From contig JBMYOQ010000012.1 in NCBI GenBank assembly GCA_049599475.1, forward strand, positions 24,089 to 88,088: a stretch of 64,000 bases of DNA, in the 5' to 3' direction. A program made the position numbers and the translations under genes. Source of the DNA: Opitutales bacterium (GTDB lineage Bacteria > Verrucomicrobiota > Verrucomicrobiia > Opitutales > JABSRG01). A model generated the notes under the pieces. That model was not told the origin of the DNA and ran no database searches. It saw nothing but the letters and a program-made list of their open reading frames with translations. Position 1 is the stretch's first letter; the number at the start of each line of letters is the position of its first letter. Shown in pieces: positions 1-10,202 of this stretch.

Positions 1-40
1 CGCTGTCCTCAGCGTCATCAGAGCCCATCACAACGGACAT
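1..40. repeat. Partial copy of REP-like family A (uninterrupted allele of the element at 58630-58906)
   Basis: CGCTGTCCTCAGCGTC..CAGAGCC.AT.ACA.CGGACAT matches 58848-58887 (CGCTGTCCCCAGCGTCCGCAGAGCCAATTACAGCGGACAT); cut by the window start. Confidence 0.7.
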
Positions 41-83
41 AGTGGAGAGGTTGTCTCAAATCTCGCGTGCTGCATTAATTAGG

Positions 84-106
84 ACAGGATTTACAAGATT
101 CACAGG
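84..106. repeat. 9-bp-period triplet repeat
   Basis: ACAGGATTT ACAAGATTC ACAGG; a second 9-bp-period triplet lies at 221-245 (TTCTGGTTC TTCTATACG TTCTATG). Confidence 0.5.
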
Positions 107-831
107 GGGGTAAGAGAGGGTAAGCTCTTCGATCTGAAAATTGTTTTGAGACATTCTTTCCGGAGTGTCAGCAGAGTCGTCTATTTCGCCTCTTGGTTTC
201 TTTAATCTTTTTTTAATGTGTTCTGGTTCTTCTATACGTTCTATGAAGGGGGTGTCTCGAGTTTGTCTGGAGATTCTGTTTGCGATTCCGAATCAGAACA
301 AATCAACGAAGAGTAATGGATGATTGGATCACCTGTCAGAAGAATCTAATCGGTGATTCTGTTGGTTCTGTAGATACAGCTTGAGCATCGTTTTGAGGGA
401 GTCTCTGCGTAGAATTAGAAATTCGATACGTCGGTAAATATGATACTATCGAGCCCTGAGCAGCCTCAAAGATGGATGTATCAGATCCTTCGATAATGGG
501 GTATTCTATGGTGCTCGGGATGCGTGCTCTAGGAAAAAACTGCATGCTGGATCATTGAATGAGGGTCGTATTCATTCCTCGATACAGACATTCTGAAGGG
601 CAAACCTTGTCCTGGAATTACCATTTCTAGCTTCTGAATCGTGTGTATTTGGAATCAAATACTTCGAATTGACTCACTAAGATGTATTCAAAACAGTCGG
701 TAGATGTAATGATTTAGGTCGGAAAAACGCTCATTTTTCAAAAAAAAGACGTATATTGATAAAATAATACAGTTTTCGATTTAAATTGAGCTCAATTCGA
801 TCGATTTATGGGGATTAAGGTCCGTCGCGTA

Positions 832-860
832 TTGACTTATCTATAACTTGTGAACAACTT
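832..860 (+). promoter_or_regulatory. Possible sigma70 promoter of the RHH/histone-like gene
   Basis: TTGACT, 17 bp, then a weak -10 (CAACTT), in an AT-rich region upstream of ATG 893. Confidence 0.3.
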
Positions 861-892
861 CGCGGGGACTGTAACTAACAACTAAGTCCATT

Positions 893-1696
893 ATGCCAAA
901 AACTGCATCTACGACTACAGCCCCATTAACCTTCGATCTTGCTAAAGATTTGTTTAAGGATCTTGAGGGCTTCAAGAAAAAATACGGTGCTCGCTCAGTG
1001 AGTGCTATTGTTCGTCTCGCAATTGAGAATTACGACGTAAAGTCGTTCAAGGGCGAAGTAAAAGATCACAAGCAACTCTCTGTTCGCTTGCCTGTTGCAA
1101 TGAAAAACTCATTGCTCGCCGTGGCGAAGAAGAACAAGGTAAGCGTGGGCGAATTAATTCGTTCGGCTATTGTGGCTTATAACGCATCTCCGGTAGCTCC
1201 TGCAGCTCCAGAGCCTGCTCCTAAGAAAGCGCCTGCTAAGAAGGGCCGCCCAGCTAAGAAGCCAGCGGCTAAAAAGCCAGCTGCTAAGAAGGGCCGTCCA
1301 GCTAAGAAACCAGCAGCTAAGAAACCAGCGGCTAAGAAGGGACGTCCAGCGAAGAAAGCTGCCGCTCCAGTAGCTAAAAAGGCACCTGCTAAGAAGGGAC
1401 GCCCAGCTAAGAAGCCAGCAGCTAAGAAGCCAGCAGCTAAGAAGCCAGCAGCAAAGAAGCCTGCAGCTAAGAAGCCTGCAGCTAAAAAGCCAGCAGCTAA
1501 GAAGCCGGCAGCTAAGAAGCCAGCGGCTAAGAAGCCAGCAGTTAAGAAAGCACCTGCCAAGAAAGGCCGCCCAGCTAAAAAAGCTCCGGTCAAGAAGGTA
1601 GCAGTGAAGAAGGCACCTGCTAAGAAGGGTCGCCCAGCAAAGAAAGCTGCAGCTCCAGCTCCTAAGAAAAAGCGCGGACGTCCAGCAAAGAAGTAA
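893..1696 (+). CDS. Tandem ribbon-helix-helix (CopG-like) protein with histone H1-like Lys/Pro/Ala tail and AT-hook-like GRP motifs
   Basis: Two RHH-like units (PLTFDL...[17 protein letters not shown]...[11 protein letters not shown]), then ~165 aa of PAAKK/KKGRP repeats ending [10 protein letters not shown]; biased codons; own terminator. Confidence 0.8.
   Translation: MPKTASTTTAPLTFDLAKDLFKDLEGFKKKYGARSVSAIVRLAIENYDVKSFKGEVKDHKQLSVRLPVAMKNSLLAVAKKNKVSVGELIRSAIVAYNASPVAPAAPEPAPKKAPAKKGRPAKKPAAKKPAAKKGRPAKKPAAKKPAAKKGRPAKKAAAPVAKKAPAKKGRPAKKPAAKKPAAKKPAAKKPAAKKPAAKKPAAKKPAAKKPAAKKPAVKKAPAKKGRPAKKAPVKKVAVKKAPAKKGRPAKKAAAPAPKKKRGRPAKK
1223..1693 (+). repeat. Coding 15-bp-unit repeats (e.g. GCTAAGAAGCCAGCA) encoding PAAKK
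   Basis: Directly visible degenerate tandem units. Confidence 0.9.
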
Positions 1697-1722
1697 CTAG
1701 TCCGCTTTATATAACTCAATTT

Positions 1723-1757
1723 AAGAAGCTTCCCATATCGGGAAGCTTCTTTTTTTT
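1723..1757 (+). terminator. Rho-independent terminator
   Basis: Perfect 12-bp stem AAGAAGCTTCCC / ATATC / GGGAAGCTTCTT running into a T tract. Confidence 0.9.
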
Positions 1758-1797
1758 GCTCTTTCCAAATTGGAGGGATGTGCTAACACAAGGGGTC

Positions 1798-2988
1798 ATG
1801 AGTATTTCAGATCAACTTTCACCTTGGGCCAAAGGCGTCTCTCCTTCTCCGACACTCGCTGTCACTTCGAAGGCTAAGGCACTTAAGGCTCAGGGAGCGG
1901 ACGTGTGTGGGTTTGGGGCCGGAGAGCCCGATTTTGATACTCCTGAGTTTATTAAATCAGCCGCTGCGAAGGCTCTTCAAGACGGTAAGACGAAATACGC
2001 GCCTGCGGCTGGACTGCCCGAGCTGTGTGAAGCTTTGGCTAACAAGTATACTCATGAAAACGGTATTGAGGGGCTGACCGCGAAAAACGTCGTCGTAAGC
2101 CCTGGTGGGAAATACTCATGTATGCTTGCGATTCAGGCCGTTTGTGGACCGGGTGATGAGGTACTTATTCCTGCGCCTTATTGGGTGAGCTATCCGGAAA
2201 TGGCGAAACTCGCCGGAGCCACGCCCAAGTATATATTTGCCGGGATGGAGAACGGTTTCCGAGTGTCTGTCGCACAGATCCAAGAAGCCGTCACTGAGAA
2301 GACGAAGCTGGTTATTCTTAATAGTCCCTCCAATCCCACGGGGGCCGTCTATACAGAAGCCGAAATCCGTGAAATCGCAGAATTCTGCGCGAGTCGGAAG
2401 ATTTTCTTAATGTCAGACGAGATCTACGAGTATCTACTCTACGATGGCGTCTCGCATTTCAGTGCTGCTTCTATTAGCTCAGAGGTTGCGGAATACGTGA
2501 TTACCGTTGCCGGATTCAGCAAGACATTCTCAATGACGGGGTGGCGCCTCGGGACGCTCGTGGCTGCGGCTCCGATAGCCAAGGCAGTTTCCAGTATTCA
2601 GAGCCAAACGACCTCGAATGCTACAACTTTTGCTCAGTATGGAGCGCTCGCCGCGCTGGAAGACCCTGCGGCATCTAAGGCAGCCGTGGCAGAAATGCTT
2701 GTCCACTTTGATCGCCGTCGCAATAAGCTGCTAGATGGCTTGAATGCGATCGAAGGTATTTCCTGCACGCGATCTTCGGGAGCTTTTTACTTGTTCCCAT
2801 CAATCAAGGATCTCGGCTTGGATTCGGACACCTTTGCTGCGCGCATCATTGAAGAAAAGCTGGTAGCGGTCGTCTCTGGAACGGGATTCGGAGCAGATGG
2901 CTACATGCGTCTTAGCTATGCAACCTCCGACGAGATCATCGAAAAGGGATTAGCGCGGCTTACGGAGTTTTGTGCCGAGCTTAATTGA
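1798..2988 (+). CDS. aspC: PLP-dependent class I (aspartate) aminotransferase
   Basis: [34 protein letters not shown]; start placed at ATG 1798. Confidence 0.85.
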   Translation: MSISDQLSPWAKGVSPSPTLAVTSKAKALKAQGADVCGFGAGEPDFDTPEFIKSAAAKALQDGKTKYAPAAGLPELCEALANKYTHENGIEGLTAKNVVVSPGGKYSCMLAIQAVCGPGDEVLIPAPYWVSYPEMAKLAGATPKYIFAGMENGFRVSVAQIQEAVTEKTKLVILNSPSNPTGAVYTEAEIREIAEFCASRKIFLMSDEIYEYLLYDGVSHFSAASISSEVAEYVITVAGFSKTFSMTGWRLGTLVAAAPIAKAVSSIQSQTTSNATTFAQYGALAALEDPAASKAAVAEMLVHFDRRRNKLLDGLNAIEGISCTRSSGAFYLFPSIKDLGLDSDTFAARIIEEKLVAVVSGTGFGADGYMRLSYATSDEIIEKGLARLTEFCAELN

Positions 2989-3036
2989 TCTCAATTTCGG
3001 TGAATAAAATCTGTGTAGTGTCGCTCTTATAGATAT

Positions 3037-3486
3037 ATGAACGACACCAACACACAGGTAATCCCAGCTCTCAGACAAGTCGTAGCCGACAGCTATGCGC
3101 TTCTAGGTCAGACACACATTTGCCACTGGAATGTACGTGGCCCCGGTTTTTTTGCCCTGCACACTGCATTTGAGATGCAGTACACAGAACTGTTCACCGC
3201 GATCGACGAGATCGCTGAACGTATTCGGGCTTTAGGCGCCTTGGCACCAGGAGGACTCGGGAATCTCGCTTCGATGGCAGGAGTCACTGAGATCGAAGAA
3301 GATGCGAGTGCTGAATCGATGGTCGAGCATCTCGCGAAGACCAACGAGCATCTCGTCGCGAACCTGGTAAAGGCGCGTGATATTGCGGGAGACGCAGGGG
3401 ATAACCAAACGGAAGATTTGATGATCGCTCGCATCCAAATTCATGAAAAGACGATCTGGATGTTGCGCAGCTATCTGGCTGAGTAG
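3037..3486 (+). CDS. dps: Dps DNA starvation/stationary-phase protection protein
   Basis: HWNVRGPGFFALHTAFE...DEIAERI ferroxidase signature, 149 aa. Confidence 0.95.
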   Translation: MNDTNTQVIPALRQVVADSYALLGQTHICHWNVRGPGFFALHTAFEMQYTELFTAIDEIAERIRALGALAPGGLGNLASMAGVTEIEEDASAESMVEHLAKTNEHLVANLVKARDIAGDAGDNQTEDLMIARIQIHEKTIWMLRSYLAE

Positions 3487-3566
3487 TATCGCAAATTGTT
3501 TGTCTACTTCTGGGGCAATAGTCCTTCTGTAATTGCAAAAGCCACAGTCTCGAACTTTCTAGAAGT

Positions 3567-4487
3567 ATGAAAGATGTGATCCAACAGAACCTGCGGATCC
3601 TCGGGGTCCTGGCATGTGGCGTCATGGGAAGCGCTTGCAGTGCCGACGGAAAAGAAGTGGCACTCGAAGCGCCTTCTCAGGAGCAAATACAAAATTTCTG
3701 GTTCGATGGGGCTGAAATTTCGCGTTACGCATTGACTCAAGAACGGTACGGCGAAGAGCGCCCGGGTTATGCTGTCTTTGTCTTTGTTACCGAGCCGTTC
3801 AGGACGACGACACAGGTAAAGGCCGACACCCCGGAACCGAATACGACTTCGGTTTTGAAGCTCAATGCAATGCGTGAGTTCAATACCGGTATTTATGAGT
3901 ATAATACGATGTCGTCCGTGTTCTCTCCAATTGATACAGAATCCTTCCCGCATGCTTTGAAGCTCACCACGACAATTCAGGATTGGTGTGGTCATGCTTT
4001 TTCGCAGTTCAATTGGAAAGACGATGGGTACGCGTTTGAGCTAAGATCCTACTTCGAGAGCGAAGGGGATGTAAATAGTCGCATCGCAGGTTCAGACGTG
4101 TGGCTCGAAGATGAAATTTGGACGCGTATTCGGATTGATCCGACAGAGTTGCCTGTTGGAAACTTTAAGGCGATTCCCGGGACACTACATCAACGCTTCG
4201 CGCACATCATGCCTGAGGCCGCTCTTGCTGAGGGTTCTATTTCGGAGAAGGGAAAAGTGGTGACTTATACAATGACGTATCCGGCATTGGGTAGAACGCT
4301 CAGTATCGATTTTGATGCGTCTTTTCCATACACAATTCGCGCTTGGATAGAGTCAAACTTGCGTAACGGCGCCAAGACTACAGCTAAACTCGAAGACCGG
4401 ATTGAGCGTTCTTACTATTGGAGCCTTATCAAACCCGGAGACGAAAAATTGCGTAAGCAGCTGGGCCTTGCAGAGGAGCCGAAGTAG
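3567..4487 (+). CDS. Conserved hypothetical exported protein, probable lipoprotein
   Basis: N-terminal hydrophobic stretch with LAC/SAC Cys; conserved-looking motifs WFDGAEISRY, FVTEPF, QDWCGH; function not assignable. Confidence 0.65.
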   Translation: MKDVIQQNLRILGVLACGVMGSACSADGKEVALEAPSQEQIQNFWFDGAEISRYALTQERYGEERPGYAVFVFVTEPFRTTTQVKADTPEPNTTSVLKLNAMREFNTGIYEYNTMSSVFSPIDTESFPHALKLTTTIQDWCGHAFSQFNWKDDGYAFELRSYFESEGDVNSRIAGSDVWLEDEIWTRIRIDPTELPVGNFKAIPGTLHQRFAHIMPEAALAEGSISEKGKVVTYTMTYPALGRTLSIDFDASFPYTIRAWIESNLRNGAKTTAKLEDRIERSYYWSLIKPGDEKLRKQLGLAEEPK

Positions 4488-4494
4488 GGCTTCA

Positions 4495-4628
4495 TGAAAA
4501 AGTCTGATTGTCTTAAAATTTGCGTATCGGGTTGGGCTGCATCTCCGAGGCAGCCGCTGCGACACTAGCAGGTACCCTTTTCACTGCCGCAGTCTCGGAG
4601 ATACAGCCCTGCCGGTTTCTGTTGCTCT
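4495..4628. repeat. ~135-bp palindromic dispersed repeat (REP/REPIN-like family B), copy 1
   Basis: Arms GGGCTGCATCTCCGAGGC (4534-4551) and GTCTCGGAGATACAGCCC (4592-4609), 16/18 complementary; flanks similar to 58980-59114. Confidence 0.85.
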
Positions 4629-4739
4629 ATCAGTCGGTGACCGGTTTTAAGCTTTCTCCGTACCCTCGCAGTAATACTCATCGCCTGTTGAGGTAATCGA
4701 GCGTTCCTCGTTAGGAGAGGGCTGAGGCCAGGGCGTCAA

Positions 4740-5243
4740 TTATGGTTCGACGCTTAAAATCTCTATTTCAAACACAACCGTCGCATGAGGGGGCACTTGG
4801 CCATACCTGCCTTTTTCGCGGTAGGCAAAAATCGAAGGGATCGCGACGGTGTATTTCCCGCCTTTCTTCATTAGAGGCATCACCTGTTCCCAGCCCCGAA
4901 TAATCTGCCTGGGCTTGGCTCCTACAGTGAACCAGTAGGTATGAAAGCGGCCGGTTTTACGGTTAAAGACGGTGCCATCCAAGAGGCGTCCTTCGTATAG
5001 AGCTTCGACCCGATCACCTTGTTTGATCAATGGCCCTTCACCTTCCTCGTCGACGCGGAAACGTATCCCACCATCCAACACTTGGGCATTGGGCACCATC
5101 TCATTTACACGTTCAATGTGCGAAGGTGGCATGTAATCCAAGCCGGCAATGATATTATCGGATTGGGCCTGAAGCATCACCGTCGCCGATAAAACAGCGG
5201 CGATTATCGTAGAGGTTCTCAGAGCATTTAATATGGGCATCAT
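4740..5243 (-). CDS. FKBP-type peptidyl-prolyl cis-trans isomerase with signal peptide
   Basis: YEGRLLDGTVF, IIRGWEQ, IPSIFAY, PPHATVVFEIEIL. Confidence 0.9.
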   Translation of the reverse strand: MMPILNALRTSTIIAAVLSATVMLQAQSDNIIAGLDYMPPSHIERVNEMVPNAQVLDGGIRFRVDEEGEGPLIKQGDRVEALYEGRLLDGTVFNRKTGRFHTYWFTVGAKPRQIIRGWEQVMPLMKKGGKYTVAIPSIFAYREKGRYGQVPPHATVVFEIEILSVEP

Positions 5244-5264
5244 ACTGGTCAGCTAGATCGTGTG

Positions 5265-7778
5265 TTATTTTCGGCGTCGTTTGGATTTTGGACGAGCGCT
5301 GTTTTTTCGATTCTGATTTCTCTTAGATGTCTTCTTGGGCGGTTTTGTTGCGTCTTTTCGACTATCTCTAGGTTTTCCTGTCGATCGCTTGAAGCTGCGA
5401 GACTCTCTTTTCTTCGATGCCTCTACGAGGGCCTTGGGTTTAAAAATCCGCTCGCCGGTTTGCGAGGAAGTCGTCTGAGTTGGGCGGTTCGGGCGCTTGA
5501 ACTCTTCATCGCTAAGAGTGAAGTTCATCTGGCGTTTGAACCGGTCCACAGTTTCCACGACGACCTGGACTTTGTCGCCAATCGAGAATGTGCGATGTTT
5601 ACGCCTGCCTGTCAGAGATTGTCCATCATTTGATAGGATATATAAGTCATCCTTTAGACTCGAGAGCCGAATCATGCCGAAAGCCATACACGATGTGATT
5701 TCGATGAACATGCCATGGTTTTTCACATCGGTAATGACGGCTTCCATGGGCTTTTTGTCCTCTAGGCCCACTTGACGATCGAAATATTCTAGCAGCTTTA
5801 TCTTTACCGAATCGCGCTCAGCTTCCTGAGAATTGCGCTCGGTAATTGAGATGTGCTCGCCTACGCCAACGAGTTGTGCAGCGCTGTAGCGGGCGTCCAG
5901 TTTCGCCGGAGCTGTTGGCATTTTCATGCGTTTGAGGAGACGGTCGAATGTCTGGTGCACGACCAAATCCGCATATCGACGAATCGGAGATGTAAAGTGG
6001 GTGTAATCGTCCTTGCAAAGACCGTAGTGCCCATCAGAGCTGGCGCGATAGCAGGCTTGTCTTAAACTTCTCAATACATGAATCTTGAGGGTGTAGCCCT
6101 GTGGATGTGTCTTTAGCTTCTTGAGGAGTGAGACTATGTGCTTTCGGTTGGAAAGGTCGCCTGTGGCAATGCCGAAGCTCGCCATTGTTTCCTCAAGCTC
6201 AGCGAGCTTTTCGCCGTCTGGCGCATCGTGAACCCGATATAGGCAGGGGAGTTGAGCCCCGTCTATGGCTTTGGCGACAGCTTCGTTGGCGGCGAGCATG
6301 AACTCTTCGATAAGCTGGTGGCTTTCGTTGTGCTCGACGGTTTCCATCCGGTCGGCATAGCCTTCTGCGTCTACGAAGATTTTCACCTCTGTCATGTCCA
6401 GGTCGAGTGACCCTTTTTTCATCCGGCGGCTGCGCAGAGAGGACGCAATGTCCCAGAAATTTCTTACAAGGTCTCGAAGGAAGCCCAACTCATCGTCAGT
6501 CATGCTGTTGAGAGCACGACCCGTGAAGCCGGTCTGGTGGGCGGCTGGGAGCGGGATCTCTCGAATCTTCTCTATGTCATCTGTATTCAGAAATGCATGC
6601 GCTTGCTCGTAGGTCAGGCGTTTGCGACTGTGGATTACCGTGTTGGCAAACTCCGTTTTGATGATCGTGTTCTTCTTGTCGAAAGTCAGGAAGACGCTCT
6701 TGGTGAGCCGGTCTTTGGCTTCGACTAGGGAGCACACACCGTTGGACAAGGCGTGCGGAAGCATGGGAATAACGGTCCCCACAAGGTATGTCGAATTTCC
6801 GCGTTTTTTGGCTTCGCGTGAAAGTGCAGTTCCCGGTTTTACGTAAGCTGCAACGTCGGCAATGTGGATGCCTACACGTCGTGATCCGTCGGGTTGTTCT
6901 TCTAATGTGACGGCGTCGTCGAAGTCTTTGGCATCCTCAGGGTCAATGGTGATCGTGTAAAGGTTGCGACAGTCCATGCGCCCCTGAATATCCGATTTGC
7001 GGACGCGATTCGGCAGGCCTTTTACCTCGTCCATAACCTTCGGCGGGAAATCTGGCTCCAGACCATGTTTTACCAAAATCCCCTTATACTCGGCCATTGG
7101 GTGGTGGCTCTTACCCAGAACATCAATGATGGTGCCTTCAGGGTTGAGATGGCGTTGTTTCCACTCAATCACCTTTACGACGACTTTGTCATCGATCTTG
7201 GGTTTCGGCTTCAGGCGAGTCTTGCTCGGCTCGGGGACGAGAACATCTTGAACGAGCCGCGGGTCGTCAGGGATGACAAACCATGAGTAGCTTGAGCGCT
7301 TGAGTGTCCCGACGATCTGGGGATTCGCGCGATCTAGAATTTGGATGACTTTTACGTAGGTGCGATCCTCTGACGGAAGTCCGCGTTTCGCGCGGTTGTT
7401 CCGATAGCGTCCGCGGTGTTGGCTCACCTTGCGGGCTAGGACACGATCTTTGTGCATGGCTACATAAGTGTCCTCGGCACGGACCTCAAAAGTCTCAGGA
7501 TCCTTTTTGCCCGGAGTCTCGACAATAATGACTGCCGATCCTGACTGACGAAACATGATCGTGCCGCCTACTAGATCTGCGTCTTTGGGTAGACAGAGGC
7601 GTTCCTTTTTCACCCGCGCCAAGCTACCCTCCTGGATACGCTTATGGACAATTTTCTGTAGCTGTCCGAGCTCGCGCTTCGTTTTCAGCTCCAACTGCTC
7701 GGCCAACTCCTCGATGCGTGCAGGAACGTAGTCCGGCGACATCAAGTGGGCGTGCAAAAGCTCTTCAACATTTTTCAT
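5265..7778 (-). CDS. rnr: Ribonuclease R
   Basis: TIDPEDAKDFDDA, LIEEFMLAANE, HFTSPIRRYADL, S1 domain, basic C-terminal tail. Confidence 0.95.
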   Translation of the reverse strand: MKNVEELLHAHLMSPDYVPARIEELAEQLELKTKRELGQLQKIVHKRIQEGSLARVKKERLCLPKDADLVGGTIMFRQSGSAVIIVETPGKKDPETFEVRAEDTYVAMHKDRVLARKVSQHRGRYRNNRAKRGLPSEDRTYVKVIQILDRANPQIVGTLKRSSYSWFVIPDDPRLVQDVLVPEPSKTRLKPKPKIDDKVVVKVIEWKQRHLNPEGTIIDVLGKSHHPMAEYKGILVKHGLEPDFPPKVMDEVKGLPNRVRKSDIQGRMDCRNLYTITIDPEDAKDFDDAVTLEEQPDGSRRVGIHIADVAAYVKPGTALSREAKKRGNSTYLVGTVIPMLPHALSNGVCSLVEAKDRLTKSVFLTFDKKNTIIKTEFANTVIHSRKRLTYEQAHAFLNTDDIEKIREIPLPAAHQTGFTGRALNSMTDDELGFLRDLVRNFWDIASSLRSRRMKKGSLDLDMTEVKIFVDAEGYADRMETVEHNESHQLIEEFMLAANEAVAKAIDGAQLPCLYRVHDAPDGEKLAELEETMASFGIATGDLSNRKHIVSLLKKLKTHPQGYTLKIHVLRSLRQACYRASSDGHYGLCKDDYTHFTSPIRRYADLVVHQTFDRLLKRMKMPTAPAKLDARYSAAQLVGVGEHISITERNSQEAERDSVKIKLLEYFDRQVGLEDKKPMEAVITDVKNHGMFIEITSCMAFGMIRLSSLKDDLYILSNDGQSLTGRRKHRTFSIGDKVQVVVETVDRFKRQMNFTLSDEEFKRPNRPTQTTSSQTGERIFKPKALVEASKKRESRSFKRSTGKPRDSRKDATKPPKKTSKRNQNRKNSARPKSKRRRK

Positions 7779-7827
7779 ACGAAGAGCCTTTGGGGGTTAT
7801 GTGGATCAGACCGAGGAGGGGCAGGGG

Positions 7828-9507
7828 TCATGCGTTGATCCCAAGCCCCTGAAGGAAAGTAGTCAAATAAGGAATCAGCTGCTTCTTCCGGGATACGATA
7901 CCGTGAAGTTCGAGAATGTGATCGCACCCAGCTTTTGCCTTAGGATAGGAGAAACTCTCCAGCACGTCATCCGGAGCGCTCACAACCAAGAGAGAATCCT
8001 GAATGTTGATATCCGTGACCAGCATAACGGACATGAAAAGCCCCTCGCGTTCGCGAAATTCAGTGAGTGCTTGGTCCAGCTCTTCGGCCTTATTCCAGTA
8101 GTTGGTGAAGCCCAATTCTTCTACTTGTGCCACCGAATAGAGAAGATCGGCCTCATTGTAGATTTTGCAGTCTGAGCGTACGACTTGCTCGGGCGTTTGA
8201 GATAGAATCACAGATCCTGAAGAGAAGATCAAATCTGCCAAGTCATCGGCGGAGATACCCGCTATACCCGAGAGCCACGCGAGGATTTCATGATCCTTTT
8301 GCGTTGTCGTGGGGCCGCGTAAATTGAGCGTGTCCGAAATGATTCCAGACATCATGATGCCCGCAATGCTCGGAGTTGGCGTAATGCTGTGCCGCTCAAA
8401 CATGGTCGCGACGATCGTGCAGGTCGAACCGACTGGCACGTTCATGAATAGAATGGGCTGCTCGCTAGGAAGGTTGCCTAGGCGGTGATGGTCGACGACT
8501 TCGACAATCTTTGCCTGTTGAACGCCTTTGACCGCCTGAGATGCCTCGTTGTGGTCGACTAATACGAGCTCCGTTCCGACGGATTTGAGGAGGTCTGTTC
8601 GGGAGAAAATGCCGATGAGTCGCTCTTCTTCATCGACGACGAAGTATGCTGGTAGATTGTTCTGCTGAACCTTGCGCCGGACTGTTTCTACGGTCTCGTC
8701 TTCGTGGAAGGTCATGAATCGATCATCCAGGAGGCGATTGAGGCGCGTCGCAGAACGGACGATCCAAGATGTGGTCGCTGAATCGTAAGGGCTGATGATG
8801 AGGCTCACGCCACGTTCGCGAGCCAGGTCGATGATGTATTTCTCGATCTCAAGTCCTCCTGTGATGACAAGGAGGCGGACACCCAAATTGATCGACTTTT
8901 CCTGAATGTCATGGCGATCGCCAACGACGATGATGCTCTTTGAGGCCGGGATCTCTTCATTGCGGTGGAATCCTCCAAAACTGTGAAGATTCATCGCGCC
9001 GACGCGGACGTAGAGGTCTTCGTCGATCTCAGGGTCCACCGTGTGCACGACGCGCGCTTTGAGAGCGCTGATGATGGCTGAGATCGATGTGACGACCTTG
9101 CGCATCTGTTTGGTCTCGCGCGGTTTGGGAATGAAAAATTCTCCGAGTTGGAAAATGGAGACGAGGCCTTTGACCCGGTTGTCGTCGTCCACTACCGGGA
9201 GTGAGCGCACATCAAATTCGTCGATAAGATCCAGGGCTTCGGCACAGGTCGAATCAGTGTGAGCTTTCAGCACCTTGGTGATCATGATGTCTTTTACCTT
9301 CGGTGTGACATCGGTGATCAGAGGCGGTAAGCTGACGTCAAATTTTTCTAGAATGGCGTCGATTCGCTTATTTGAATTCCCGCAACGTGCGGCCTGAAAT
9401 CTGGTTTCACCGGTCTCTTTTTTGAATGCCTCATAGGCGATGGCCGAGCAGATTGCGTCGGCATCCGGGTTCTTGTGACCGATAATGTAAACAGGTTTTT
9501 CTGCCAT
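7828..9507 (-). CDS. ppaC: Mn-dependent family II inorganic pyrophosphatase with CBS-DRTGG-CBS insert
   Basis: GHKNPDADAI, LVDHNE, VDHH, IISDTL, SRKKQ; internal CBS and DRTGG (VGDRHD, ITGG) segments. Confidence 0.9.
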   Translation of the reverse strand: MAEKPVYIIGHKNPDADAICSAIAYEAFKKETGETRFQAARCGNSNKRIDAILEKFDVSLPPLITDVTPKVKDIMITKVLKAHTDSTCAEALDLIDEFDVRSLPVVDDDNRVKGLVSIFQLGEFFIPKPRETKQMRKVVTSISAIISALKARVVHTVDPEIDEDLYVRVGAMNLHSFGGFHRNEEIPASKSIIVVGDRHDIQEKSINLGVRLLVITGGLEIEKYIIDLARERGVSLIISPYDSATTSWIVRSATRLNRLLDDRFMTFHEDETVETVRRKVQQNNLPAYFVVDEEERLIGIFSRTDLLKSVGTELVLVDHNEASQAVKGVQQAKIVEVVDHHRLGNLPSEQPILFMNVPVGSTCTIVATMFERHSITPTPSIAGIMMSGIISDTLNLRGPTTTQKDHEILAWLSGIAGISADDLADLIFSSGSVILSQTPEQVVRSDCKIYNEADLLYSVAQVEELGFTNYWNKAEELDQALTEFREREGLFMSVMLVTDINIQDSLLVVSAPDDVLESFSYPKAKAGCDHILELHGIVSRKKQLIPYLTTFLQGLGINA

Positions 9508-9653
9508 GTATTTTGGTTCTTTTTATGGGAAAGAGCAGGGAGGGCGTTTTCGAGAGAGTCAGTTTTTCGCTAACGGCTTTTTCCGGATTTTGCTTAGATT
9601 ACGTTATTTGTTGGATTTTTATGGATGGGAGAAATTACTGAAAAGAGTATATT

Positions 9654-10202
9654 TCAGTCGGAGATAGCAACCATAGCGCCAGCTTCGATTTTCGAGAACA
9701 AAATTATGATATCCGAGTCGACGAGCTCCACGCAGCCGCCGCTGAATGGCTCGCCAATGCGCTCTGGGTGGTTCGTGCCGTGGATATAAACATAGCGGTC
9801 GTAAGTGTCGCGGCCGGGACCCGCGTTGTGGCCAGGCTCTAGGCCACGCATGCGGATTATGCGCGTGGTCACATAGTTTCTCTCCCGCTCTTCTGGGCTG
9901 AGCTCAGAGACGTGTCCGCTGGGAATGCGAGATTTGAAAATGGTCCCAGCTTCAGCGCCGTCGCCGATCTTCTCGACAATTTCGTGCATCCCTGTGGGAG
10001 TGCCGAAGGAATTTTCGATGCACGAGGGCGGGGCTTTCCCTGTAGAAATCGTATACTCCTGTAGGAGCTGAGAGTCTCGATAGTGAAACATTTTTTGCTC
10101 AGGGATCGAAACCCAGAGAACATCTTGAGGAATCTCAAGGGAAAGGTCTTGGCAACGCGATTGAATCCACCTAGGAAGGTTCGTTTCATTAACAACAGTC
10201 AT
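9654..10202 (-). CDS. L,D-transpeptidase (YkuD) family protein
   Basis: YTISTG, GTPTG, VYIHGT...SGGCV catalytic motif; start placed at in-frame ATG 10202 because the longer ORF runs antisense into asd. Confidence 0.8.
   Translation of the reverse strand: MTVVNETNLPRWIQSRCQDLSLEIPQDVLWVSIPEQKMFHYRDSQLLQEYTISTGKAPPSCIENSFGTPTGMHEIVEKIGDGAEAGTIFKSRIPSGHVSELSPEERERNYVTTRIIRMRGLEPGHNAGPGRDTYDRYVYIHGTNHPERIGEPFSGGCVELVDSDIIILFSKIEAGAMVAISD

Noticed and set aside
336..545. 69-aa minus-strand ORF in the AT-rich upstream region
   Set aside because: No recognisable motif or translation signal; likely spurious
1223..1693. Repeat array as a possible CRISPR
   Set aside because: 15-bp coding units without unique spacers; no cas genes in the window
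1177..1719. 180-aa hydrophobic minus-strand ORF (AAGFL repeats)
   Set aside because: Antisense shadow of the PAAKK repeat coding region
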